The notes under the pieces: generated by a model
Databases searched by the model: none
Told to the model about the DNA's origin: nothing
What the model saw: only the letters and a program-made list of their open reading frames with translations
Shown here: piece by piece, positions 17,514 to 25,314 of the stretch
How the letters are laid out: each line of letters begins with the position of its first letter
Position numbering within the stretch: the first letter of the stretch is position 1
Translations under genes and position numbers: made by a program
Source of the DNA: an uncultured Gammaproteobacteria bacterium
GTDB lineage: Bacteria > Patescibacteriota > Microgenomatia > UBA1406 > GWC2-37-13
Direction of reading: 5' to 3'
Assembly (NCBI GenBank): GCA_964445135.1
Contig: CAYUJW010000002.1
Coordinates: forward strand, 1 to 56,795
Length of the DNA: 56,795 nt

Positions 17514-18260
17514 TTAAAGCTGGACGTATGAGCCGGGCAGTCTGCCAGTCTCGAGCCAGTAGCCGGCGTTGGGGTCGGCCCTCATCTCGCGCCCGAATTC
17601 GGCGTTGTTGCTCGCAAGCCAGCTCATGTCGTGGTGAAACGATTCGTGACCACTCACTTCGTTGGGTCCGAACATCCACATGGCAAGGCCCACGTTGTGC
17701 CACTGGTCGAACTGACCGAGCTCGTTGAGCTTGTCCTTGTCCTTGGGTCGTGGACGGTCCTTCATGATCTGATCGAACTTGTAGTTGAACCAGAGCTTCA
17801 TGATGTAGATGATGACGATCAGCACGAGCGCGATGAGCAGAAGCACTGCAAGAAGCATCAGCGGGTCGTTCCACAAGAAAACGAGAACTTCGATGGCTTT
17901 TGCCACCAAATCAAGTGTGGACATGGTCCACCGGTGGTTTTCCCAGAGGTTTCCAGCGGGAGACCAGACCGAGCCGTCGGCTTCGCTGATTGCCACTTCG
18001 CGGCCGCCGAAGGTGAGGAGCGCATAATAGCGTCCGTCTGCGGGTTGGATGCGTCGCAACGTCGGCTGGTAAAACAATCCGTCGTGCTGGATGGTCGGTC
18101 CCGTGATCACGAGGCCTGCGTGGTAGAGAGCACCGTACATGAAGCGAGGAGTTTCCCCGACTTCAGTTGACGTCGCATGCGCAACGTTCGGAAGCGCGAC
18201 AGCAAGTGCTGCGCCTCCTATGAGACCAAAAAGGCCTCGTCGGCTCATTTGCTGATTCAT
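17514..18260 (-). CDS. paralogue B (divergent) of the same family
   Basis: Trimmed to MNQQMSRRGLFGLIGGAALAVA (twin-arginine-like). It has the same order of parts: block YQPTLRRIQPADGRYYALLTFGG, a TM helix, a basic stretch, and a C-terminal tail NAEFGREMRADPNAGYW. The track start at 18437 would overlap paralogue C. Confidence 0.7.
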   Translation of the reverse strand: MNQQMSRRGLFGLIGGAALAVALPNVAHATSTEVGETPRFMYGALYHAGLVITGPTIQHDGLFYQPTLRRIQPADGRYYALLTFGGREVAISEADGSVWSPAGNLWENHRWTMSTLDLVAKAIEVLVFLWNDPLMLLAVLLLIALVLIVIIYIMKLWFNYKFDQIMKDRPRPKDKDKLNELGQFDQWHNVGLAMWMFGPNEVSGHESFHHDMSWLASNNAEFGREMRADPNAGYWLETGRLPGSYVQL

Positions 18261-18318
18261 GTTTATCATTACCTTTCGTTGGCTAATTGTTTCTGGTTTC
18301 CCGCCAGAATTTTTCCGC

Positions 18319-19020
18319 CTAGGGCATGACCCAGATGCCTTGGTTGGCACCGAGTTCCGTGAGACCTGGATATTGCCGAAGCTCTGCTCGGAAATCGGGC
18401 TCGGCATTGAAGGTCTCCGTGAACCAGGTTGGGTCACGCTTCCACGCGCCGGCCTCGATCTGCGTCTGCTCCATGTTTCGTCGACCCTTGGGGGTCTTCG
18501 GAGCTTTCCAGATCCAGATGAGAATCAAGATCGAGAGCACCACGGCAAACAGCACCGCAAGTGCGATCACGATTTTTACCAGAAGAATGATGAGTTCCGC
18601 CAGCCAAATGCCGTTTTCCGTGGCGTCGGCCAGGGTGGCCGGGTGCCAGGTGGCAGAATTGTAGTAGTCGTTTACCACCCACAAGATGTCATCGTCCTCA
18701 GAGGCTGCCCAGAGGCGGCCGTTCGGAGTGGCGAAGAAAGCGAAATAGCTCCCTCCGCGCTCGATTCGGATGATCGTGGGCGTCCAACGGACTCCATTGG
18801 TGACCACACTGGTCCATTGAACCGGATACCCCGAAAGGTACACGGATGGAATGGCGGACTGCCAGTCGGTTGCAGAAGCAGTGCTCTGCGTGGAAAAAAC
18901 CGAAGACGCGCTGTCTGCGGTTTGGTTAGCAGCGGCGGGGCTGCCGTATGTGGCGACTGCGGGTGCAGTCACCAGCGTCACTGCGCAAAGCAGATGACGT
19001 GGCTTCAATCTTCTGAACAT
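18319..19020 (-). CDS. paralogue C of the same family
   Basis: Signal peptide, block VRWTPTIIRIERGGSYFAFFATP, TM helix, KAPKTPKGRR, and a tail NAEPDFRAELRQYPGL...IWVMP. A strong SD AAGGAGG (complement of 19031-19037) lies 10 nt before the ATG. Confidence 0.75.
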   Translation of the reverse strand: MFRRLKPRHLLCAVTLVTAPAVATYGSPAAANQTADSASSVFSTQSTASATDWQSAIPSVYLSGYPVQWTSVVTNGVRWTPTIIRIERGGSYFAFFATPNGRLWAASEDDDILWVVNDYYNSATWHPATLADATENGIWLAELIILLVKIVIALAVLFAVVLSILILIWIWKAPKTPKGRRNMEQTQIEAGAWKRDPTWFTETFNAEPDFRAELRQYPGLTELGANQGIWVMP

Positions 19021-19115
19021 GATATTGGTGCCTCCTTATGCACCTAGCACAAACTCCCGCTTTGGAGCTGTGCCTTTTTTGAGTCCTCATCCTTGAGGCA
19101 ATTGACCCATCCTTA

Positions 19116-19239
19116 GGTCACTCTGAAAACACACATAGTTTAATGTGGAAATGTGAGAATGTGGAAATATGAAAATGCGACGCAAAATGAATATTACAGT
19201 TACTTTTCGTAATTTTCACATTGTGCTTTCAGAGTGACC
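19116..19239. repeat. inverted repeat (13-bp perfect arms) enclosing an 8-nt microsatellite
   Basis: Arms ggtcactctgaaa (19116-19128) and tttcagagtgacc (19227-19239). Inside are ATGTGGAA ATGTGAGA ATGTGGAA ATATGAAA (19143-19174). Confidence 0.85.
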
Positions 19240-19551
19240 CAAAGTAGTAAATAAATACTATCGGATTAAATGCTTAAGGAATAATGTCCCAAAAGAAGAG
19301 ATAAAAGATATTAATAATTCCCTGATTGTAAATGTTCGTGTTGGGGCATATGAAGATCAATGCAAGCTTGATTTGATAGGCCAAAACACTCAATGCGTAC
19401 GCAGTGCTCGCACCCCCACTTAAGCCATGCAAACCGGCTCAGAGTGAATGCGCGTACAGCATAGGCATACAGCCGATATTATACCATTATTATAGGCTGT
19501 ATTCAAGGCAGCAGCCTTTGAAATAATATGGCTACGGTTATCATGAGCATC

Positions 19552-19719
19552 GTCATCCCCGACCCCGATTAGGGAATCCAGGACGCGTGAGTCGTGCATG
19601 TGGCGCAGGGGCACTGGATTCCCGCTTTCGCGGGAATGACAAAAGGAGGACGGGGAATGACAAAAAAGGGTGGCGGTTGTTGTACACACATCGTCATTCC
19701 CGACTCCGATCGGGAATCC
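19552..19719. repeat. cluster of REP-like palindromic units (GTCATTCCCG-loop-CGGGAATCC)
   Basis: Units at 19552-19579 (gtcatccccgaccccgattagggaatcc), 19616-19640 (ggattcccgctttcgcgggaatgac, opposite orientation) and 19693-19719 (gtcattcccgactccgatcgggaatcc). Confidence 0.85.
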
Positions 19720-19725
19720 AGAATG

Positions 19726-20004
19726 TTAAAGACTTGGATATAAATCAATCCAATTCGGATTATGTTCTTCTATCAACTTGAGTTTCCAAGTCCGATTCCA
19801 TTTCTTGAGCCGCTTCTCTCTTTGTATCGCAGACTCAATTGATTCGTGGGCTTCAAAGTACACGAGAAGATGAGTATGGTACTGTTTTGTAAACCCATCA
19901 TTTATATCGCTTTTGTGCTCATACACGCGGCGTTTAAGATTGTTTGTGACTCCAATATAGAGCGTGCCGTTTCTCTGGCTTGCGAGAATATACATTGCAT
20001 ACAT
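19726..20004 (-). CDS. GIY-YIG nuclease superfamily protein (UPF0213/YhbQ-like)
   Basis: MYILASQRNGTLYIGVTNNLKRRVYEHK...REKRLKKW matches GIY...YIG...R...E. The track N-terminus MSFPRKRESS is translated repeat DNA, so I trimmed to the Met at 20004. Confidence 0.8.
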   Translation of the reverse strand: MYAMYILASQRNGTLYIGVTNNLKRRVYEHKSDINDGFTKQYHTHLLVYFEAHESIESAIQREKRLKKWNRTWKLKLIEEHNPNWIDLYPSL

Positions 20005-20087
20005 GAAGCGTATGATACTGGATTCCCGCTTTCGCGGGAATGACAAAGGGGCTGCGGGAATGACAAATTACCTACGCTATCGTAATT

Positions 20088-20244
20088 CCCCGTTTGGCAG
20101 TACTTTTTCGACTTGGCCAATGCGCCCATGACAGGCGGCCACGCAGGAAAAATACGCCAAACAAAAATATGGCTTGGTGGGTCTGTAATTTTGCACATGG
20201 CAAGGGGGGCACTGGATTCCCGCTTTCGCGGGAATGACAAAGGG
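20088..20244. repeat. copy 1 of a ~155-bp dispersed element ending in the REP-like palindrome
   Basis: Aligns by eye at roughly 85-90% identity with 50416-50570 (shared cccgtttggc.gtactttttcgacttggc...aaaaatacgccaaacaaaaatatggcttgg...ggattcccgctttcgcgggaatgacaaa). A further lone palindrome lies at 20020-20044. Confidence 0.85.
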
Positions 20245-20298
20245 GCTGCGGGAATGATATAGGGGTGCGCGGGCAGGTCCCGACCTTAGCCCATTCCA

Positions 20299-20721
20299 TC
20301 ACTGGGGCGTTGATCCAACCCGCTCGAGTACCCATTTCGTAAACTCGGGAGTGCAGGCCATGGTGGACAGGCGAGACAGTCGGACAAGTGGAAAATCAGC
20401 AAAAAGCCCAGATTCTTTGACCTGACGAAGCGTCACCTGACGATCTGCAGGATAGGTGCAGATATAGCGAACATCGGCCACCCAGCTGATGCCTCGCGGA
20501 TCATTTTCATCTTTTTTCGGAACGCTTACCACTTCCCCCATGCCCACAATTGCCGCCTGGCCTTGTGAGTGATAGATAAACACCCGATCCCCTACTTTCC
20601 AGCTTTTGATCACGGCAATTGCCGTATAGTTATGCACTCCGTCCCAGTGCGTCGTGCCTTCGCGCTTCAAGTCGTCAATCGAATAAGTTTGGGGATCTGT
20701 CTTGGCGAGAAAGTAATTCAT
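20299..20721 (-). CDS. EVE (PUA-like) domain protein
   Basis: MNYFLAKTDPQTYSIDDL...WDGVHNYTAIAVIKSWKVGDRVFIYHS...IVGMGEVVS is the EVE/THYN1-like pattern. Trimmed to the ATG at 20721. Confidence 0.75.
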   Translation of the reverse strand: MNYFLAKTDPQTYSIDDLKREGTTHWDGVHNYTAIAVIKSWKVGDRVFIYHSQGQAAIVGMGEVVSVPKKDENDPRGISWVADVRYICTYPADRQVTLRQVKESGLFADFPLVRLSRLSTMACTPEFTKWVLERVGSTPQ

Positions 20722-20817
20722 GAGAGTTATTGTAGCATCTGCTTTGATGAGTTTGAGGTAAAAAAGGCGGGCTGACTTTATGTCAGCCCGCCAAAGTGCC
20801 AATTGGTATTTTTGTGA

Positions 20818-21453
20818 TTATGCCTTGATAACCACGTCTTTAGTGGCAAAGCGGACTTTTGGCTTTTTGGAATACTCATCTTCATCAGATCGATGACCGA
20901 GTGCCAAGATCACGACTGATGCCGCGCCACGCGCCTTAAGACCGAGAATTTCATCAAATTGCGCCCGGTCAAACCCACCCATTGGCGAATTGTCAATTCC
21001 CATGGTTGAGGCGGTAGTTATCATGGTGCCCAGGGGAATATATACTTGTGAGGTGGCCCAATGAATACGTGCTTGCTCATCCATGCCAGATAGAAACGCC
21101 ATGAGCGCATCCTTAAATCCTGATAAATCATCAGAACTTGTGCCAGTTGCAAGCGCCGTTTCATCAACGAGTTGTTGGGCTAATCCTTCGTCAATATCTG
21201 TGCGACGCGCCAACACCAACAAGTGTGAACATGTCTTAATTTGGGGTTGATTCCACGCAGCGTCTGACAACTTGGCTTTCGTCTCATCGTTTGATACGAC
21301 GATTATTTTCCATGGTTGCAAACCGTACCATGATGGAGCCAGTCTCCCCGCTTCGAGTATCTCATCGAGTTGCTCGGTGGAAATCTTTTTTGTAGAATCA
21401 TATACTTTGACTGCAGCTCGCCATGCGAGTGCGTCGACTGTTTTATTGGACAT
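20818..21453 (-). CDS. nitroreductase-family oxidoreductase
   Basis: RRAVKVYD-type N-terminus (WRAAVKVYDSTKKIS), LAPSWYGLQPWKIIVV, and the C-terminal PMGGFD block. Trimmed to the Met at 21453. Divergent from an HxlR regulator. Confidence 0.8.
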   Translation of the reverse strand: MSNKTVDALAWRAAVKVYDSTKKISTEQLDEILEAGRLAPSWYGLQPWKIIVVSNDETKAKLSDAAWNQPQIKTCSHLLVLARRTDIDEGLAQQLVDETALATGTSSDDLSGFKDALMAFLSGMDEQARIHWATSQVYIPLGTMITTASTMGIDNSPMGGFDRAQFDEILGLKARGAASVVILALGHRSDEDEYSKKPKVRFATKDVVIKA

Positions 21454-21507
21454 AAATAGAGTGGAGTTAAAAATGAATAATGCTATATTTAGTATAGTAC
21501 TATATAT

Positions 21508-21520
21508 TCTATAGTATAAT
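21508..21520 (+). promoter_or_regulatory. leaderless-type promoter TCTATAGTATAAT, 6 nt before the HxlR ATG (21527)
   Basis: Read directly from the sequence. It lies in the divergent intergenic region shared with the nitroreductase gene. Confidence 0.55.
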
Positions 21521-21526
21521 AGAGAC

Positions 21527-21859
21527 ATGTCAATAGACAATAGTCACACATCATGTATTTTGGCGGCCACCCGCATCATCGGAGACAAGTGGAATCCACG
21601 CATTCTGTATGCCCTCTCAATTGGGGCAAATGGGTTTTGTGCCATTCAGCGTGAGCTTGACGGCGTCAATCCTCGCACCTTATCCAATCGCCTAAACGCC
21701 TTGGAGCGCGACCAAATTATCACCAAATCACACGACGAATCCCCCCATAAGACCAGCTACACTCTCACCGAGCAAGGCGCTGCACTGCTGCCAATTCTGA
21801 CACAGATGGCCAGCTGGAGCGCCACCTACCACCCAACAAACAACTCCTCTGGTGTGTGA
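21527..21859 (+). CDS. HxlR-family winged-helix transcriptional regulator
   Basis: CILAATRIIGDKWNPRILYAL...GFCAIQREL.GVNPRTLSNRLNALERDQII is the typical HxlR pattern. Confidence 0.8.
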   Translation: MSIDNSHTSCILAATRIIGDKWNPRILYALSIGANGFCAIQRELDGVNPRTLSNRLNALERDQIITKSHDESPHKTSYTLTEQGAALLPILTQMASWSATYHPTNNSSGV

Positions 21860-21942
21860 TATGGGCGCAGTATTTACTACAGGTCTAATCCAAAGTAATC
21901 ATGAGCACTTCTCATATGGTGCTTTTTCGTCTATAATAGCGC

Positions 21943-23043
21943 ATGACAACAATCTCAAGTCCATTTTTTGATCAACAAGAAATCGATGCAGTCGCCGCAG
22001 TTATGCGCGCGGGCAATATTGTGCAGGGTGAACAATGCAAATCGTTTGAAAAAAGCGTTGCTGATTATTGTGGTAGAAAATATGCAGTTGCCACCTCAAG
22101 CGGGACTACTGCAATGTTGCTTGCTGCTCAAGCCCTTGCGGTCAGCAAAAATAGTAGCTTTATCACTACTCCATTTACATTTGTTGGTACCGTAAATCCA
22201 TTGCTCACCCTTGGCGCGAGACCAATTTTTGTTGATATCAATGAAGATGACTATTGTCTTGATGCGACTCAGATTGAAGATCGATTGTCCGATGATACTG
22301 ATTTGATTATTCCGGTCGATCTCTTTGGACAAGTGTGTCAGATGGACGCAATCATGGATGTGGCCAAACGACACAATCTACTTATTCTTGAGGATGCATG
22401 TCAATCATTTGGAGCAACATACCAAAATAAAAAAGCTGGCGCATTTGGTGATATTGGCGCATTTTCTTTTTATGCTACAAAAACAATTACGACAGCAGAG
22501 GGCGGAATGATTGTGACGGACAATGAGCACTATGCCAATCAAATTCGGGAATATCGAAATCATAATCAGAGTGATTTGGGTGACTACAATTATTTGGGTA
22601 TTGGGGGCAATTATCGAATGACAGATATTGCCGCGGCAATCGGACTAGTTCAGCTTGGTAAAATTGACACCATACTATCCCGACGTCGTGCAAACGCACA
22701 AGTCTATATTCGTGAATTGGCAAATATTGAAGGGATCCACTTACCCCGCACAAATCCAGAAGGTGATCACACATACAATCTTTTTTGTATGCGTGTTGAT
22801 TCTGCACACCGAATTGGTCGCGATGCGTTGGTACAAGTACTTCGCGCAAACTACGTAGAAGCGAAAGTGTATTACCCCCGGGCACTTCATGAATATGCAT
22901 TTATGGCACATTATGGTTATAAAAAGGGCGACTTTCCCGTGGCTGAAAAAGCAGCAAGCGAACTGATTGCGATTCCTGTGCACCCTTCACTTCGTGATGA
23001 AGAAGTGCTGCGCATTGCGGCAATTATTACAGACAACTCATAA
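21943..23043 (+). CDS. DegT/DnrJ/EryC1/StrS-family PLP-dependent (keto-sugar or inosose) aminotransferase
   Basis: FEKSVADYCGRKYAVATSSGTTA, LILEDACQSFGA, and FSFYATKTITTAEGGMIVT with the PLP lysine. Confidence 0.9.
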   Translation: MTTISSPFFDQQEIDAVAAVMRAGNIVQGEQCKSFEKSVADYCGRKYAVATSSGTTAMLLAAQALAVSKNSSFITTPFTFVGTVNPLLTLGARPIFVDINEDDYCLDATQIEDRLSDDTDLIIPVDLFGQVCQMDAIMDVAKRHNLLILEDACQSFGATYQNKKAGAFGDIGAFSFYATKTITTAEGGMIVTDNEHYANQIREYRNHNQSDLGDYNYLGIGGNYRMTDIAAAIGLVQLGKIDTILSRRRANAQVYIRELANIEGIHLPRTNPEGDHTYNLFCMRVDSAHRIGRDALVQVLRANYVEAKVYYPRALHEYAFMAHYGYKKGDFPVAEKAASELIAIPVHPSLRDEEVLRIAAIITDNS

Positions 23044-23044
23044 T

Positions 23045-24022
23045 ATGAAAAATTTAGCATTCATTGGCTGCAATCATATTTTTAAAAAACATAAAGCAGC
23101 AATAGATCAGGTTGAAGGACTTCGAATTATTGCCGTTTCTGATGTTGATGAAAGAGTGCTGAACGAGCAAGTTGAGATGCTTGCTTGCGAAGGCTTCTCT
23201 GATTATCGTGAAATGATTGCAAAGCTTGGCGCAAACATTGATTATGTGGTGATTGCAACTCCAAGCTTTCTGCACTACGAGCAAGCTCAGTATGCGCTGC
23301 GCCACGGTTGTCATGTGCTGCTTGAAAAACCTCCGGCACTTACCTACACAGAATTTCAAAACTTATTGACGGTTGCAAAAGAACACAAGAGACAATTGTA
23401 TTCTGTGTTGCAGCTGCGGTATGACCCGACATTTCTGATTGTTGCGCGCGCCATCCAAGCTGGTCTTATCGGGACAGTCACAGCAACGTCGCTTTCGGTG
23501 CTCTTTCAAAGAGATCGTGCATACTTTGATTCATGGAGATCAGATGTAAAAAAAAGCGGCGGTATTTTGTACGATATCGCCATTCATTATCTTGACTTTT
23601 TGCTCGGCGCTATGGGTGATGAAATTTCATCCTCCGTCACCAAAACCTATTCCCATTTAAATCAAGCAATGTATGATACCGTGCATTCGATTGTTGATTA
23701 TAAAAACGGCGCATCTGGGTCGATCTTTGTGACGGCCGCAGCACAACCTAAGACACTTGGAACCAACCTTACGCTTCTTGGAACGCATGGCAGTATTGTT
23801 TTGGGCGGATTACAGCTTAACTCCATTGAGCGAGTTGAATTTACAAGCGAGGCCAACCGCGCACAATGGGATAAATTGGTGGCCGAGATGAAGGGTGCAA
23901 ATAAGCAAGAACAAAATGCCTTTACGTTGATGTATCGGGACTTGCTGCTTGGACATGGCGTGGAAATTATGAGCGTTGCTCCAGTCATGCGATCGTTGGA
24001 AATAATAACAAACAGCATATGA
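23045..24022 (+). CDS. Gfo/Idh/MocA-family NAD(P)-dependent oxidoreductase
   Basis: N-terminal Rossmann segment LAFIGCNHI and the hallmark VLLEKPPALT (EKP motif). The ATG at 23045 lies 2 nt after the aminotransferase stop. Confidence 0.85.
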   Translation: MKNLAFIGCNHIFKKHKAAIDQVEGLRIIAVSDVDERVLNEQVEMLACEGFSDYREMIAKLGANIDYVVIATPSFLHYEQAQYALRHGCHVLLEKPPALTYTEFQNLLTVAKEHKRQLYSVLQLRYDPTFLIVARAIQAGLIGTVTATSLSVLFQRDRAYFDSWRSDVKKSGGILYDIAIHYLDFLLGAMGDEISSSVTKTYSHLNQAMYDTVHSIVDYKNGASGSIFVTAAAQPKTLGTNLTLLGTHGSIVLGGLQLNSIERVEFTSEANRAQWDKLVAEMKGANKQEQNAFTLMYRDLLLGHGVEIMSVAPVMRSLEIITNSI

Positions 24023-25314
24023 AGAGAATACTCGCGAATGCACAATTTTTTGGTTTTGCTCCAAGCTCGCTTCTGCTGGCCACGCTTGAGGAGCTGACAC
24101 TCACATACCCCAACCAATTTCTGATTGATATCGTGTCAAATGAGCACATTCGCGCACTTTGTGCTTCGCGAAAAAATATGCCATACAATCTTGTTGATTT
24201 GAATGATGTGCCGCTTCTCGACTATCTACTTGAAAGCAGCGCGTGCCTCACATACGATGCATTTCTTTCATATTACGATCCAACGCTCATGCTTTATGCT
24301 TGGTTTTTTGATAAACCACGCATATTGTATGATGGGCTTTTTCATTTTTGGGATGAACAAAGCTTTCGACACACCCTCATGCAAGACGTTGCGCAAGTTG
24401 AGGAATATAAGCGCACACTTGATGTTGGGAAATTGCGAGAATGGCACAATGCGCTTTGGATAAAAAATCCCCACGAAATGCTTTTTGCGGGACACATTTT
24501 TGCAGATGTGCAATTTGCAAGAAAGGCTCCTGATTTAGATCATCGTCTCAGTGAATATCCACAGTTAAAAAAGAAGATAATACCTGTTGGATGTATCATT
24601 CATGCGCCAAAACACCGCCCACTGCCTGAAGTGGAGCGTGATATGATCCTTGTTTCTCTGGGCGGAAGTCTCAATCCTATTGTGACATTTGAGCAGAATA
24701 TATTTTATGCCAAGACGGTTATCAAATTTATAAAGGAAATGTTGCCGCTGCTCTCCCCTCGCCCAGCCACATGCTGCGTGGTGGTGCACCCACTCATTCA
24801 CCAAAGATTGCAAACGGATTTGCCAGATTACGCAGAGATCGATATTGTTTCTTCAGTTGATCAGGATACGTACTTTTCTTGGCTTCAAAAAAGTATCGTG
24901 GCATTTGTCCCACCAAGCTACACAACTCTACAAGAATGCGCATATTTTGAAACTCCCGTTTTTCTTTTGCCAGAGCAAAATGGTGGCCAACCACACTGTT
25001 TCACACTTTTGAGCAAAAGCGGTTATACGACTGAATACAGCATGACGGTTTCTGGCCAACTAGGCACCACGTATGGTGAGTTTGAGGTGCAAGAATTATA
25101 TGCGGATATTGGACGTTTATATGATCAATATAAACAGCGCACACAGATACTGTCACAAATTCGTAATTTTTATACACTCGCAACTGAATCAGAATCACGC
25201 TCCATATTAAACAGTCGGCAAAAGTCGGTTATCTGCCACATGATGGGTGATTTTAATGGCGCAGCAGATATTGCAAACACGATCCACTCGTATCTCTTTT
25301 CCCATCATGAATAA
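24019..25314 (+). CDS. putative GT-B fold glycosyltransferase (GT1/GT28-like C-terminal half)
   Basis: ILVSLGGSLNP and TTLQECAYFETPVFLLPEQNGGQPHCFTLL resemble the GT1/MurG-type donor-binding region (GGS...E...G.P.i..P...Q..N). Overlaps both neighbours by 4-8 nt. Weak recognition only. Confidence 0.5.
   Translation: MKRILANAQFFGFAPSSLLLATLEELTLTYPNQFLIDIVSNEHIRALCASRKNMPYNLVDLNDVPLLDYLLESSACLTYDAFLSYYDPTLMLYAWFFDKPRILYDGLFHFWDEQSFRHTLMQDVAQVEEYKRTLDVGKLREWHNALWIKNPHEMLFAGHIFADVQFARKAPDLDHRLSEYPQLKKKIIPVGCIIHAPKHRPLPEVERDMILVSLGGSLNPIVTFEQNIFYAKTVIKFIKEMLPLLSPRPATCCVVVHPLIHQRLQTDLPDYAEIDIVSSVDQDTYFSWLQKSIVAFVPPSYTTLQECAYFETPVFLLPEQNGGQPHCFTLLSKSGYTTEYSMTVSGQLGTTYGEFEVQELYADIGRLYDQYKQRTQILSQIRNFYTLATESESRSILNSRQKSVICHMMGDFNGAADIANTIHSYLFSHHE

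Noticed and set aside
17631-19047. Plus-strand ORFs 17631..18170, 18259..19047 and 18326..18664, plus nested minus ORFs in the first high-GC island
   Set aside because: They are antisense or out of frame relative to the three paralogues. Those paralogues are mutually conserved at the protein level, whereas the alternatives show no paralogy and are stop-poor only because of the high GC.
19420-20335. ORFs 19420..19689, 19587..19781, 19902..20240 and 20072..20335, and similarly 50303..50599, 50381..50737 and 50400..50606
   Set aside because: Their peptides (SFPRKRESS, CHSRESGNPVP, VIPAKAGIQRLP, SRKSTAKR) are translations of the REP-like palindromes and the 155-bp repeat in different frames and strands. 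I treated them as repeat DNA, not genes.
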